64,000 nucleotides of DNA from an uncultured delta proteobacterium (GCA_963712115.1 CAVQGX010000012.1:1-64000), one strand, 5' to 3'; numbered from the stretch's first letter, positions 19,905-30,415 are shown. The notes: generated by a model from the sequence alone, not told the origin. Numbers and translations are program-made.

Positions 19905-20204
19905 ATGCGAAAAACAGAAAAGATCTTTGGGAAAGACTTAGAATACGTCCGGAAGTACTGCCTTGCCGGTTCATTTCCCGCTAGCGATGACCGCTGTCCT
20001 TATTCAAAGGCAAAAGTCAGGGCTGCTTTAGCCAGAAGCCCCAAAGGTGAATGTGATTTTGAAGAAGTTGATACGATGTTTCTGTGTCGATACCCCGATG
20101 AGAAAATGCCATTACATGAAGCGCTCTTAGTCTCAGAGCTGAACAGATATCCCAATAAAGAGAGAAGAGAAATGATTGATGCGTTTTATAGGGGAGAAGT
20201 CTAA
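19905..20204 (+). CDS. hypothetical protein (99 aa, 4 Cys)
   Basis: Strong RBS AAGGAGG; intact ORF. Confidence 0.7.
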   Translation: MRKTEKIFGKDLEYVRKYCLAGSFPASDDRCPYSKAKVRAALARSPKGECDFEEVDTMFLCRYPDEKMPLHEALLVSELNRYPNKERREMIDAFYRGEV

Positions 20205-20294
20205 CTCTGATTGTGTTCTGATTATTTCCTTGGCCTTTGCAAGTTTATATCATCAAGAAACCATGTCACTGCTTCCTAGTAGGATAAAAAATTA

Positions 20295-20650
20295 ATGCAA
20301 TTGAACAGAAGGAGATTCGTTAGACACCATCTTGAATGTCCTGTTACAGTGGCAACATCTCAAGGCACCATAGTCAGTACAAGCAAGAAACCTGAGTGGA
20401 GATGGTGCTCTAATCTATTGCCAGCAGCCACTAAACCCAAGGAAAGCCTTTAATTTAACAATCGAAATTTCTGATGGGTTCTCTCTGGAAGTGCCTTCTG
20501 AAGTTGTGTGATCCTATAGGAATAATGCAATTGATGAGAAGAGATTGTAAACGATGTGTGTTCGCTTTCTACGGTGAGAGCAATGGGGCGAGCAGTCTTG
20601 AGCAGAGCATCCATCCTCAGGCCCTCCTTAAGTCGCAACCGCAGCTAAGA
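20295..20650 (+). pseudogene. PilZ-domain pseudogene
   Basis: MQLNRRRFVRHHL (RxxxR) then frameshift to NLSGDGALIYC (N/DxSxxG); internal stops; end approximate. Confidence 0.65.
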
Positions 20651-21240
20651 CTTTCATTCCACAAACGCTTAGACTTTCGTCCAATTACTTTTCCTTATGT
20701 TGTATTAGAGACGTTTGGCTCAGGAGTTCACAGTTCTGCTATTTATGTTGAATCTCGGTTAGTTTCAAATATTTAACATATGCTCAACATACTTGAATGA
20801 TCCGAGTGAAAACTTAGGCGTGCTGATCTGAAGTCCAAACTGGTCCCCTGGACTGTGGATTACATACTTTAATCCCCACTTTAGCTCTTAAGATCCAGCT
20901 ACCATATCTAGGCTTAAACCAAGGATGGGAAGCTACCCGCCTTTTGGGATCTATCCCAGCCATAGGAAAGCCAACTACTTTGATTGAATTGAAAATCGGT
21001 TCATTGAGTGGATACTCGCCTGCAGTATTGGGGGAAGTTTTTTTGCTCGAAAGATAATCAGTCTTGACAGAGGATGAGGTCGTCAGGTAGTTTCTCCCGA
21101 CCTTTGGCCTTTCTGAGCGCAATTTATATCCTCGCCTTTCAGAAGGCTGAGAAGACCTCAAGATCGCAAAGTTTTGTCTGAAATAATGGAGAAAGTTTTC
21201 TAACAATTGAAAGGATAGACTTCTAAGTGAGGAATCTCAT

Positions 21241-22374
21241 ATGCTGCTGAAGAGACTAACATTGCTTCTAAAGCAATCGACTTACTCCTGGTTCCTGCCC
21301 TCATCAACTAAGCCTATATTAACCTATATTGTGCCTGGCGCACTTTTCTTGTTCTTGGGGGTGGTGGGATTTTCAGGGTGTTTTGGAGTTATACACTAGC
21401 GGGACTATATGCGGTTGAAGGCCGAGAACGCTTATTTGCACCAGAAAAAGATGGAATTAGATGAACTGCAACTGACCCTCGAGAGCATCGGAAAGGACGA
21501 AGATGCAATCCGAAATTTTCTTGCATTAGACGGGCCTAGGAGTGTGTCGGACTAGCTAGCTCTCAATGGAAAAATAGGGACGCAAGGTTCAGTCGCACTG
21601 GCATTCTGACTAACGTTGACCACTCCATTCGCCGTTTTGGGGTCCCATTAGGGCCACGATGACCACCAAGTGTCCAATAAAGAGGTACTCCGACAGACTC
21701 CTAGCCTAATGGAGCATAATCAAGGTAAAGGAGGTAACTCTTTCTCTTACCCTATCCCCGTAACCTACCCAGATCACACAAACAACCCGATTCCATCCTC
21801 CACCCAACAAGACTCTGGTTCCACCTTGGACGAAGCCAAGTCTCTTCAAGAAAGGATGATGGAACTAGTCGAAATCATCCGCGAAAAACGGGAGTTCATA
21901 GATAGAGTTCCTACCATCTTGCCAGTGGATGCGGAAAAATACTGGTTTTCATCGAGATTTGGGTGGAGACGAAGCCCATTCGCAGATAATAAGGAGTTCC
22001 ATGGTGGTCTGGATATAAGTGGTAAGAAGGGCAGGCCCATCATCGCGCCTGCCAAGGGCAGGATAATTGCGAAGGGATACGACCCCCTCCAAGGACACTA
22101 TTTGCGAATCGACCACGGTTGGGGATGTGTAACCACATTTGCACATCTTGTCAGTGATGTTGTGACTTTGGATCAAGAAGTAGAGCGGGGTGAGTTGATC
22201 GCTTTCATGGGCAGCACAGGTCGATCGACCGGTCCCCACTTACACTACCAGATTGAGGTCAACGGTAAAGTTGTGGATCCATCTGACTACATCATTAACG
22301 CAAAAGACAATCCGCCTCTGGATTTAGCTTTGCAGATCTTGGCTATCCCTCATGAATCACAAATGAGAGATTGA
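21241..22374 (+). pseudogene. M23 metallopeptidase with nonsense codons in the N-terminal half; catalytic domain (21670-22374) open
   Basis: HGGLD and GPHLHY zinc motifs; in-frame upstream TM and coiled coil interrupted by TAG 21397, TAG 21553, TGA 21607, TAG 21649. Confidence 0.75.
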
Positions 22375-22601
22375 TATTTAAGGCATCCCTTGTCTTATTT
22401 GTTCGATTAGCACACAATTTCCATGCACCGTGCCACTTGGCATGTCAGCCAGTACGCCACCAAGCATTTTGATATAATCGAAACCATCTATTCGAATTAC
22501 CATATCTCTCCAGTCTCTGAGTATTTCTTTCGGGGAATATTTAGGAAGAGTCATGGCGCTAAAAGCCTGAACTTGTTTATTTTATTGATAAAAATAGAAT
22601 C

Positions 22602-22617
22602 TGGCATGATTACTGCT
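22602..22617 (+). promoter_or_regulatory. sigma54 -24/-12 promoter
   Basis: TGGCATGATTACTGCT (GG-N10-GC) with AT-rich upstream tract, ahead of ORF 22711. Confidence 0.55.
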
Positions 22618-22710
22618 TGAATACTGAGATGTTTGAGGACGAATCGTTCTGGTTAGCTATTTGTCAATATCGTCTTTCAACAATAATTATTTTCAGGAGA
22701 TAGTGTATTT

Positions 22711-22995
22711 ATGCCTGAACTGCAAGGTAAATCAATGCCACAGCAAGCGCCGTCGAGACCAGAAGAGGGAGTACGTGCTTCTGAAAAATATGAAACTTGG
22801 TTCAATTCTCTGTCACCGCTGCAGCAGGCCACACATCTCTTGATGGAGAAAATCTGCGCTTTAAACATGGGTGTCACGGAAGCGTTAATTGGATTGGATT
22901 CTCCAGATACTCTGCGTATAGTTGCAGAAGATTTGAAACTGCATATTGAGAGATTTTTGTCTGCATTCAACGAGAATGTGAGTGGTGGGAGTTGA
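22711..22995 (+). CDS. small helical hypothetical protein
   Basis: AGGAG RBS; follows sigma54-like promoter. Confidence 0.55.
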   Translation: MPELQGKSMPQQAPSRPEEGVRASEKYETWFNSLSPLQQATHLLMEKICALNMGVTEALIGLDSPDTLRIVAEDLKLHIERFLSAFNENVSGGS

Positions 22996-23060
22996 CGACA
23001 CATAGCTTTTTGCATGTTGCACATTGGCATCCTTTTTAAATAGACTGAGGGAATCCAGAG

Positions 23061-23537
23061 TTGAATGTCTTCATCAGCCATGTTTCAGAAGAGACCCCCA
23101 TTGCAGAGGTACTAAAAGACTGGATTGAATCCACTTTCCTGGGTCAATGCGAGGTATTCGCCAGTAGCGATAGAGAAAACCTGCCTGCAGGAAACAATTG
23201 GATTGGTGAAATTGACCAAACTTTGGACTCAGCAGTGGCATTTCTAGTCCTTTGCAGTCCAGCTTCGCTAATGAGACCATGGATCAATTTTCAAACTGGA
23301 TGGGGGTGGATCAAGGGGCTTCCGGTTATCCCTATTTGTCATTCAGGGCTGAAGATGGATGACCTGCCGCCGCAAATCTCATCTTTTCAAGCTATTGAGA
23401 TTGACTCCGATAGTTTTGTGTCTGACTTGCTGAGCAGGCTCGCGAAACACCTTGGCTTTGAGAAGTTTCCACGTGTCGACCAAAGTGCAATGGTGCACGA
23501 ACTGATTTCTGCGACCCGTGCTATATCTGGAAGTTAA
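23061..23537 (+). CDS. stand-alone TIR-domain protein (Gln at catalytic Glu position)
   Basis: VFISH, VFASSD, LCSPASLMRPWINFQTG, VIPICH motifs of TIR_2-like domains. Confidence 0.85.
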   Translation: MNVFISHVSEETPIAEVLKDWIESTFLGQCEVFASSDRENLPAGNNWIGEIDQTLDSAVAFLVLCSPASLMRPWINFQTGWGWIKGLPVIPICHSGLKMDDLPPQISSFQAIEIDSDSFVSDLLSRLAKHLGFEKFPRVDQSAMVHELISATRAISGS

Positions 23538-23642
23538 GCAGGCTTCGCATTTATTATATTATCTGGGACTTCACATCTCATACTTTAATCTCCACTTTCC
23601 CTCTCGAGATCCCGCCACCATATATAGCCCTCTGTCTTTATA

Positions 23643-24839
23643 CTAGAGCGTCCTTACTGCCTCTCGCATGAGTTTGCCAATGGCCATTTTTTGGGGACAC
23701 TTTTGCTCCGCTATGGTGTAGTCCAGATTAGCCATCTCAACCCGAATCCTCTGGGGGATTCTATTAAAGAACCCGGCAGCACGATCGCGGTCGCCGTGAC
23801 TGTGAGCGTACATCAGATAGCGCATTACGTCACCAATGGGAGCAATGGAGTTGGTAGCCGACTCGCATAGGTCAGTACAGCCGGCGCAGTAATCTGAACG
23901 GGTTTCTTGGGCGTATTTATGCAACATTTTTTTATCATGTGAGGAAAGTTTGGTTCGATTAATGGCGGCGGCCACATTAGACATGAGGATGGTAATGTTC
24001 GGCATCTCAGTGCAGATGCAGGCAATATGCGGATTTTCCCAAACCGCCTTGAGCTTGGCTTGCCCGTCGGTAAATCCCTTCTGCAAGAATCGTCCGGCGA
24101 GCTCTAGCTCGGTTTCACTGCTGGTTCTCACCGAGCCTCCACCCTGGGTTTTCATGGCAGTAAGGCCGATGCCCGCTTTTGCACATGCATCCACCGCTCT
24201 TTTCATCCGATCGCTATTCATCAGTCGGAAATTGTATGACATCATAATGCCGTCAATCCAGCCAAGTTTCGCCGCCCCAAGCATGCATTCTTCCATGTTA
24301 CTGTGAGTACTGAAGCCGAAAAACCTGATTTTACCCCCAGCTTTGGTCCTTTCACTCCATGCCTTTATATCGCCATCCAATTCATTGATACTCCTGACAG
24401 AATGAACGAAGAACAGATCAACATAGTCGGTTTTCATTCTCTCTAAAGATTTGTTGAGATCCCCTGTCAGGCCGGCAACAGTCCAGGCATGAGACTTCGT
24501 GACTATAAAGATGTTCTTGCGATCTTCAGGATATTTGCCCAGGTATTTGCCAATGCGCTTCTCGCTATTGCCGCCCATGTAGGAACTGGCTGTATCCCAA
24601 TAGGTTACTCCCCATTTGGCGGCCTGTCTGAGCATCAGCTGCTCTAAGTCCAAACTTCCTCCAAAACCAAGGATGGGCACCCTTACACCGGTTCCACCAA
24701 ATGGGCGGGTAGGCATGGCCACCGATTCATTAGAAGATTGGGCCAGACGGTCGATGGGAGCAATTATTGACCCCAAACCGGCAGCACCGGCGGCTCGCAA
24801 AAAATCCCTTCGGGACCAGTTGTGGTTTTTGCTGGGCAT
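23643..24839 (-). CDS. aldo/keto reductase with Tat-like signal and C-terminal Fe-S cysteines
   Basis: SRRDFLRAAGAAG; YWDTASSY, IVTK, FFVH, GFSTH; YCAGCTDLC...CP. Confidence 0.85.
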   Translation of the reverse strand: MPSKNHNWSRRDFLRAAGAAGLGSIIAPIDRLAQSSNESVAMPTRPFGGTGVRVPILGFGGSLDLEQLMLRQAAKWGVTYWDTASSYMGGNSEKRIGKYLGKYPEDRKNIFIVTKSHAWTVAGLTGDLNKSLERMKTDYVDLFFVHSVRSINELDGDIKAWSERTKAGGKIRFFGFSTHSNMEECMLGAAKLGWIDGIMMSYNFRLMNSDRMKRAVDACAKAGIGLTAMKTQGGGSVRTSSETELELAGRFLQKGFTDGQAKLKAVWENPHIACICTEMPNITILMSNVAAAINRTKLSSHDKKMLHKYAQETRSDYCAGCTDLCESATNSIAPIGDVMRYLMYAHSHGDRDRAAGFFNRIPQRIRVEMANLDYTIAEQKCPQKMAIGKLMREAVRTL

Positions 24840-24990
24840 TGTGTTTTCCCAAGGGCGAGAATGCCCTACTATCTGTGGAATCACACTGAATGTATTTAAG
24901 AACGTTAAGCCACCCGGCCGACCCGGTCAATTTTTTTGCCACAAGATTTCAGAGCACAAAGGTAAGAAATGGCCTCCCGAGCAGGTTGGC

Positions 24991-26832
24991 TCAGGCGACC
25001 GCCTTTCTCTCCGCTGCCGCATTTAGGTGCCGCTGTTTCGCCGAAAGGACCGCCTTTCGTAACCTTAGGGATTTGGGCGTCACCTCGATTATCTCGCCTT
25101 CCTTTATGAAATGGATCGCCCGCTCCAGGGTCATGATCCTGGGTGGTGTCAGAATGACGTTATCGTCCCTGCCGGCGGCGCGCATATTGGTGAGCTTCTT
25201 CTCCTTGCAGGGGTTTACATTGATATCGCTCTCCCGGTTGTGCTCGCCGACAATCATGCCTTCGTACACGGGTGTGCCCGGGACGATGAAAAGCTGCCCT
25301 CGCGGCTCGAGGTTGAAAAGGGCGTAGGCAACAGCCTTTCCCTGCCTGTCGGCCACTATGGAGCCGGTGTACCGTGTTGGAAAACCACCTCTGTACAGAT
25401 CATACCCCGCATAGGAGCGATTCATGATACCCGTGCCCTTGGTGTCGGTGAGGAACTCCTCCCGATAGCCGATGAGGGCCCGGGCCGGGATGCTGAATTC
25501 AACGCGCACCCTGCCGCTGCCCTTGTTTACTAGGTTGATCATCTGTCCTTTACGGGAGGATAGCTTCTCTGTCACGATCCCAATAAAATTCTCCTTGCAG
25601 TCCACGAACAGGTGCTCCATGGGCTCGTATGTCTCGCCCTTCCGGTGCCTGTAGATGACCTCGGGACGACCAACGCAGAATTCGAAGCCCTCGCGTCTCA
25701 TGGTTTCGATGAGAATGGCCATTTGGAACTCGCCTCTGCCCTTGACCACGAAGCTTTCTCTGTCTTCGCCGTCCTCCACCTGTATGGCGACGTTTCTCAG
25801 CGTTTCCTTGAAAAGCCGCTCTCCAACCTTACTCGCCTGAACGTATTTCCCCTCTTTGCCAGCAAAGGGCGAGGTGTTGATGGTGAAGCGCATGGAGACG
25901 GTGGGCTCCTCTACATTGATCCGCTTCAGGGGCTTCGGCGAGTCATGGGTGCAAATGGTGTCGCCTATTTTGACTGCCGCGACCCCAGCGAGCACGACGA
26001 TATCACCGGGCTCCGCACACTCCGTCTCCTGGAGCTTCAACCCCTCGTAGACCTGAAGTTTTGAGACCTTGAGGGAAACCTGCCGGTCCAGCGCGTCGAG
26101 GCAGACCAGGGAATCATTGCTTCTCGCCCAACCGTTGACCACCCTGCCTATGGCCAGCCTGCCCAGATAGTCGGAGTAACCAAGGTCGGCCACCAACATC
26201 TGAAAGGGTTCGTCTGGGTCATAGGAGGGCGGGGGTATCTGCTCCACGATGGTGTCGAAGAGCGGCTGCAAATCCTCACCCCTCTGCTCCAGTCCCTTCT
26301 GAGCAATGCCCTCACGCCCTATGGCATAGAGGAGAGGAAACTCGAGCTGCTCCTCGGTAGCGTCCAGATCTATGAAGAGATCGTATATCTCGTTTAGGAC
26401 CTCATTAGGGCGGGCATCTTGGCGGTCAATTTTGTTGATCACCACGATGACCTTCAGCCCAGCCTCCAGGGTTTTTTTGAGCACGAAGCGGGTTTGAGGC
26501 AGGGGCCCCTCCGAGGCATCTACCAGGAGCAAGGCACCGTCAACCATGGCGAGGGCCCGTTCCACCTCGCCGCCGAAATCGGCATGGCCGGGCGTATCGA
26601 TGATGTTTATCTTCGTGCCTTTCCAGTTAACCGCACAATTCTTCGCCGCGATGGTTATGCCTCTCTCACGTTCCAGCTCCAGGCTGTCCATGATCCTGTC
26701 ATCGATTTCCTGTCCCGCCCGGATAAGACCGCTTTGTCTGAACATGGCGTCGACAAGCGTGGTCTTTCCGTGGTCCACGTGGGCAATAATGGCGATGTTA
26801 CGCATCCGGGTGTTTCTCACAAGAGCACTCAT
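24991..26832 (-). CDS. typA: translational GTPase TypA/BipA
   Basis: RNIAIIAHVDHGKTTLVD, ERERGITI, GRGEFQMAILIETMRREG, EVTPKSLRLRK. Confidence 0.97.
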   Translation of the reverse strand: MSALVRNTRMRNIAIIAHVDHGKTTLVDAMFRQSGLIRAGQEIDDRIMDSLELERERGITIAAKNCAVNWKGTKINIIDTPGHADFGGEVERALAMVDGALLLVDASEGPLPQTRFVLKKTLEAGLKVIVVINKIDRQDARPNEVLNEIYDLFIDLDATEEQLEFPLLYAIGREGIAQKGLEQRGEDLQPLFDTIVEQIPPPSYDPDEPFQMLVADLGYSDYLGRLAIGRVVNGWARSNDSLVCLDALDRQVSLKVSKLQVYEGLKLQETECAEPGDIVVLAGVAAVKIGDTICTHDSPKPLKRINVEEPTVSMRFTINTSPFAGKEGKYVQASKVGERLFKETLRNVAIQVEDGEDRESFVVKGRGEFQMAILIETMRREGFEFCVGRPEVIYRHRKGETYEPMEHLFVDCKENFIGIVTEKLSSRKGQMINLVNKGSGRVRVEFSIPARALIGYREEFLTDTKGTGIMNRSYAGYDLYRGGFPTRYTGSIVADRQGKAVAYALFNLEPRGQLFIVPGTPVYEGMIVGEHNRESDINVNPCKEKKLTNMRAAGRDDNVILTPPRIMTLERAIHFIKEGEIIEVTPKSLRLRKAVLSAKQRHLNAAAERKAVA

Positions 26833-26914
26833 TCCTCAATATCCCTCCTAAAGGCAGCAAGCAAGTGGATTGTGGAGTATAGTCTTTTTTAAAGGGAATG
26901 CAAGGGTCTTGTAT

Positions 26915-27185
26915 TTGGGGAGGCATGGAGCAGAGGGTTGGAGGTTAGAGGAGCGCTGCGCTTGAGGTTGGAGGCAGGTCATTCTGGATTGCGGATTGAA
27001 GAGAGGCACAATGCTCAGGGCCCAAGGCCATTTGGGTCATTCGGCTTCGCCGTCATTAGGTCACTACGCTACTCTGTCATTTGTTGTAATAGGGAAGGGC
27101 ATGGTGCAATTTGGGATTTCGGATTTCGGATTTGGGATAGGAGTCAGGCAAAACCGGCCAAACTGGCATAAACGGCAAACCGGCA
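26915..27185 (+). repeat. mosaic short-repeat intergenic spacer (representative of ~15 in 27-61 kb)
   Basis: ~70-bp block shared with 49749-49820; GTCATT/CTGTCATTTGTTGTAA block shared with 43760-43825 and 60355-60418; GATTTCG heptamers; AAACCGGC units. Confidence 0.8.
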
Positions 27186-27325
27186 TTACCTTCCGGGTAA
27201 TCACCCCTGGACTACCTTTGTCAAATGAGTATACAATAGCAATTGTATGCTCAGACCACTTGTCTCGCTTATCTCGCGACAATAATTCGTGAAACATACG
27301 GGCTAGAAAACTAGGAGGCGGCTGG

Positions 27326-27637
27326 ATGGACGAAAAAGACAAACTGTCAGAAATCGAAAACTACCTCAAAGAGTTGTTTCCCGGATTTGTTATTGAGAAC
27401 ATGTGGAATTCAAAATCTCACCGACATGTGTTTAGTGTTGATGCACCCACTGGTGAAACAAAACATACTATAGCTGTCTCCAGTGAATTCGTCAGCGACA
27501 ACGAACCGGACGATATCGTCATTTGTCTTAAATTATATAATCTTAAGGGATATCTCGAAATATTTGGAAACAAAGAGGTTTTGGTAACCAACGATGGCAT
27601 AAATCCGGATGGGATACGCCCTTCAATTTTGGCATAG
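27326..27637 (+). CDS. hypothetical protein
   Basis: AGGAGG RBS; intact 103-aa ORF. Confidence 0.65.
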   Translation: MDEKDKLSEIENYLKELFPGFVIENMWNSKSHRHVFSVDAPTGETKHTIAVSSEFVSDNEPDDIVICLKLYNLKGYLEIFGNKEVLVTNDGINPDGIRPSILA

Positions 27638-27732
27638 GGCATAGGGTAGATTGCGGATTTGGGATGTGCCAACCATTCGCCTAGCTCATTGCGTCAAACA
27701 GATAGCTTGCTACACACCTGCCCAGACGACCT

Positions 27733-27793
27733 ACCATAATTTTACCAGTAAGCCCTCGCCGATGGTGGTACCCTGGTCGGTAGGGGCTTTTTT
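27733..27793 (+). terminator. 61-bp repeated hairpin/terminator element, copy 1
   Basis: AAGCCCTCGCCG...CGGTAGGGGCTTTTTT; near-identical copy at 32288-32347. Confidence 0.65.
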
Positions 27794-27895
27794 GCGATTC
27801 ATTTGATGAAACAGAATAAGAGGTGTGATAACTTGGAAATCAACCGGTCTTGCGGGTTGGCATTGGCAATCTGGTAAGCAAAAACAGGGGAATAG

Positions 27896-30157
27896 ATGAA
27901 AGAAAAACATATCGTTAAGATCGCTGAGGAACTCGAGATTAAGCCGCAACAGGTTCTGGCTACTGCGGCGCTGCTCGATGAAGGGGCCACTGTCCCATTT
28001 GTTGCCCGCTATCGTAAAGAGGTGACTGATTCCCTGGATGAGGTGGCTATAACAACAATCCGCGACCGACTCCATCAACTGCGGGAGCTTGACAAAAGGA
28101 GAGAGGCCATACTGAAGTCTCTCCAAGAGCGGGAGCTTCTCACCGATGAGCTGAAAGATAAAGTCCTGGCCGCAGAGACCCTTGCCTTCCTGGAGGACAT
28201 TTATCTGCCTTACCGACCGAAACGGCGCACCCGTGCAACCGTTGCTAGGGAGCGAGGGTTGGAACCGCTTGCCTTGAAACTTTTTGCCCAGGAACAGACC
28301 ACAGACCCTCATGGTGAGGCTGAAGCCTTTGTCGAACCTGAGAAAGGAGTGGAGACGATCGAAGATGCCCTGGCCGGCGCGCGGGACATTATCGCCGAGC
28401 TGGTGAACGAGGATCAGGCAGCCCGCGCGAAAATGAGGGCTCTCTACGCTGAAAAGGGAATATTCCAGGCCAGGGTGGTTCCGGGCAAGGAGGACGAGGG
28501 GAACAAGTACAGGGACTATTTCGACTGGCAGGAGCCCGCATCAAAGGCACCTTCTCATAGAATTCTGGCCATGCGGCGAGGCGAAAAAGAAGGTGTACTG
28601 ACACTCCGTGTCCATCCCCCGGAGGCTGAAGCCCTGACCCTTCTGGAAACCCTTTTTGTCAAGGGAGATGGGGCTGCTGCCCAGCAGGTAAAGACCGCCG
28701 TGCAAGACAGCTACAAGCGGCTCCTGGCTCAGTCAATGGAAACGGAGATCCGCAAAGCCACCAAAGAGCGAGCCGATGCAGAGGCTATCCGTGTTTTTGC
28801 GGACAATCTCCGTCAGCTACTTTTAGCGCCGCCCCTTGGGAGGAAAAACGTCCTGGCCATAGATCCGGGACTCCGCACTGGCTGCAAAGTAGTTTGTTTG
28901 GATCGGCAGGGAAAACTGCTCCAAACAGATACGATCTATCCCTTCACCTCCGAAAAGAGCAAGTTGGAGTCAGTGGCAATACTCGGAAAATTGTGCGAGA
29001 GCTACCATGTTGAGGCCATAGCAGTGGGCAACGGCACCGGCGGAAGGGAAACAGAGGCTTTGGTGAGGGGTATGGACCTTCCGGGCAACATACTGGTGGT
29101 GATGGTCAACGAGAGCGGCGCCTCGGTTTATTCTGCTTCCCAAGTGGCTAGAGAGGAGTTTCCAGACCTTAATGTGTCGGTTCGTGGTGCGGTTTCCATT
29201 GGTAGACGACTTGTGGATCCCTTGGCGGAACTGGTGAAAATTGACCCCAAATCCATTGGAGTGGGCCAATATCAGCACGATGTGGATCAGCAAGCCTTGA
29301 AGAGCAGTCTGGATGACGTGGTCATCAGCTGTGTGAATGGTGTGGGCGTGGAGGTCAACACAGCCAGCGAGCAGTTGCTCACCTATGTCTCCGGACTGGG
29401 GCCGCAATTGGCAAAAAGCATTATCAAGTATCGAAATGAACACGGCCCGTTTCTGTCCAGAGAGGATTTGAAGAAAGTATCCCGCCTGGGCCCCAAGGCA
29501 TTTGAACAGGCAGCGGGTTTCCTGCGTATCAGAGATGGGAGAAATCCTCTAGATGCCACAGCTGTTCACCCTGAATCCTACCAAGTTGTGGAAGCCATGG
29601 CCAGTGATCTAGGCTGTTCAATAAAGGAGCTTCTTAGTGACGAGGAACTTAGAGACCGAATCGATCTGTCCAAATACGTGACTGAAACGGCGGGCATACC
29701 TACTCTCACTGACATTGTTGCAGAACTTGCCAAGCCTGGCCGTGACCCGCGCCAGCGATTCGAGGTTTTTACCTTTTCCGGGGAAGTGCAGAAGATAGAT
29801 GACTTGCAGCCGGGCATGAGGTTGCCCGGGATCATTACCAATGTCACTGCCTTTGGGGCATTTGTCGACGTCGGAGTGCATCAGGATGGCCTGGTTCACG
29901 TGAGCCAACTTGCTGACCGTTTTGTCAAAGACCCCCGCGATATAGTCAAGGCTCAGCAACAAGTGACGGTCACGGTTTTGGAAGTGGACCTTGAAAGAAA
30001 AAGGATTTCTCTGTCGATGAAAACGAATCCTGCTAAATCAGCAAAAGGGGTAAAAGGAGAGCCAAAGCATGAAAGCAAGAGCAAGGTGAAACGGACAAAA
30101 CAGGGGAAGGGTCCTGGGCCTTTCAATAACCCATTCGCCGACGCTCTCAAGAAATAG
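27896..30157 (+). CDS. tex: Tex-family RNA-binding transcription accessory protein
   Basis: GATVPFVARYRKE, AIDPGLRTGCK, IDPKSIGVGQYQHDV, C-terminal S1 domain. Confidence 0.96.
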   Translation: MKEKHIVKIAEELEIKPQQVLATAALLDEGATVPFVARYRKEVTDSLDEVAITTIRDRLHQLRELDKRREAILKSLQERELLTDELKDKVLAAETLAFLEDIYLPYRPKRRTRATVARERGLEPLALKLFAQEQTTDPHGEAEAFVEPEKGVETIEDALAGARDIIAELVNEDQAARAKMRALYAEKGIFQARVVPGKEDEGNKYRDYFDWQEPASKAPSHRILAMRRGEKEGVLTLRVHPPEAEALTLLETLFVKGDGAAAQQVKTAVQDSYKRLLAQSMETEIRKATKERADAEAIRVFADNLRQLLLAPPLGRKNVLAIDPGLRTGCKVVCLDRQGKLLQTDTIYPFTSEKSKLESVAILGKLCESYHVEAIAVGNGTGGRETEALVRGMDLPGNILVVMVNESGASVYSASQVAREEFPDLNVSVRGAVSIGRRLVDPLAELVKIDPKSIGVGQYQHDVDQQALKSSLDDVVISCVNGVGVEVNTASEQLLTYVSGLGPQLAKSIIKYRNEHGPFLSREDLKKVSRLGPKAFEQAAGFLRIRDGRNPLDATAVHPESYQVVEAMASDLGCSIKELLSDEELRDRIDLSKYVTETAGIPTLTDIVAELAKPGRDPRQRFEVFTFSGEVQKIDDLQPGMRLPGIITNVTAFGAFVDVGVHQDGLVHVSQLADRFVKDPRDIVKAQQQVTVTVLEVDLERKRISLSMKTNPAKSAKGVKGEPKHESKSKVKRTKQGKGPGPFNNPFADALKK

Positions 30158-30265
30158 TGTAAAAGAGGCAAGTTCTTGTTTTTTTCCCACTAGCATAGAG
30201 TGAGGAGTCAGTAGTCGGTAGTCAGTAGCCAGAATCCAGCAGACAGCAAATTCAACCTACCTAGT

Positions 30266-30313
30266 AAAAAATCCATCCGAATGACCTAATCTGTCACAGC
30301 CCAATGGTAAGTT
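30266..30313 (+). promoter_or_regulatory. repeated promoter/operator motif copy 1
   Basis: AAAAAATCCATCCGAATGAC-N7-GTCA; TGTCAC-N10-TAAGTT. Confidence 0.6.
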
Positions 30314-30415
30314 CCAAGCGAAGGTGGTTTTAAAGTTTGACCGATTTTTCTGCGGGTAACCACTTTTGGAGTACTGGAGTAATGGAATGCTGGAGTAATG
30401 GAATGAGGGAAAGGG

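Noticed and set aside
20814-21206. 130-aa minus-strand ORF
   Set aside because: No recognisable motif, TTG start without clear RBS, within a decaying region
21397-21651. Pyrrolysine/selenocysteine readthrough in the M23 gene
   Set aside because: Mixed stop types in a non-catalytic region and no recoding signals seen; decay is simpler
23603-23620. TCGAGATCCCGCCACCA as att site closing the island
   Set aside because: Resembles a generic tRNA 3' end but does not match the tRNA-Leu at 1-86
27209-27237. Fourth copy of the TGAC-N7-GTCA promoter motif
   Set aside because: Only GGAC-N7-GTCA, lacks the AAAAATCC prefix and has different spacing to the -10
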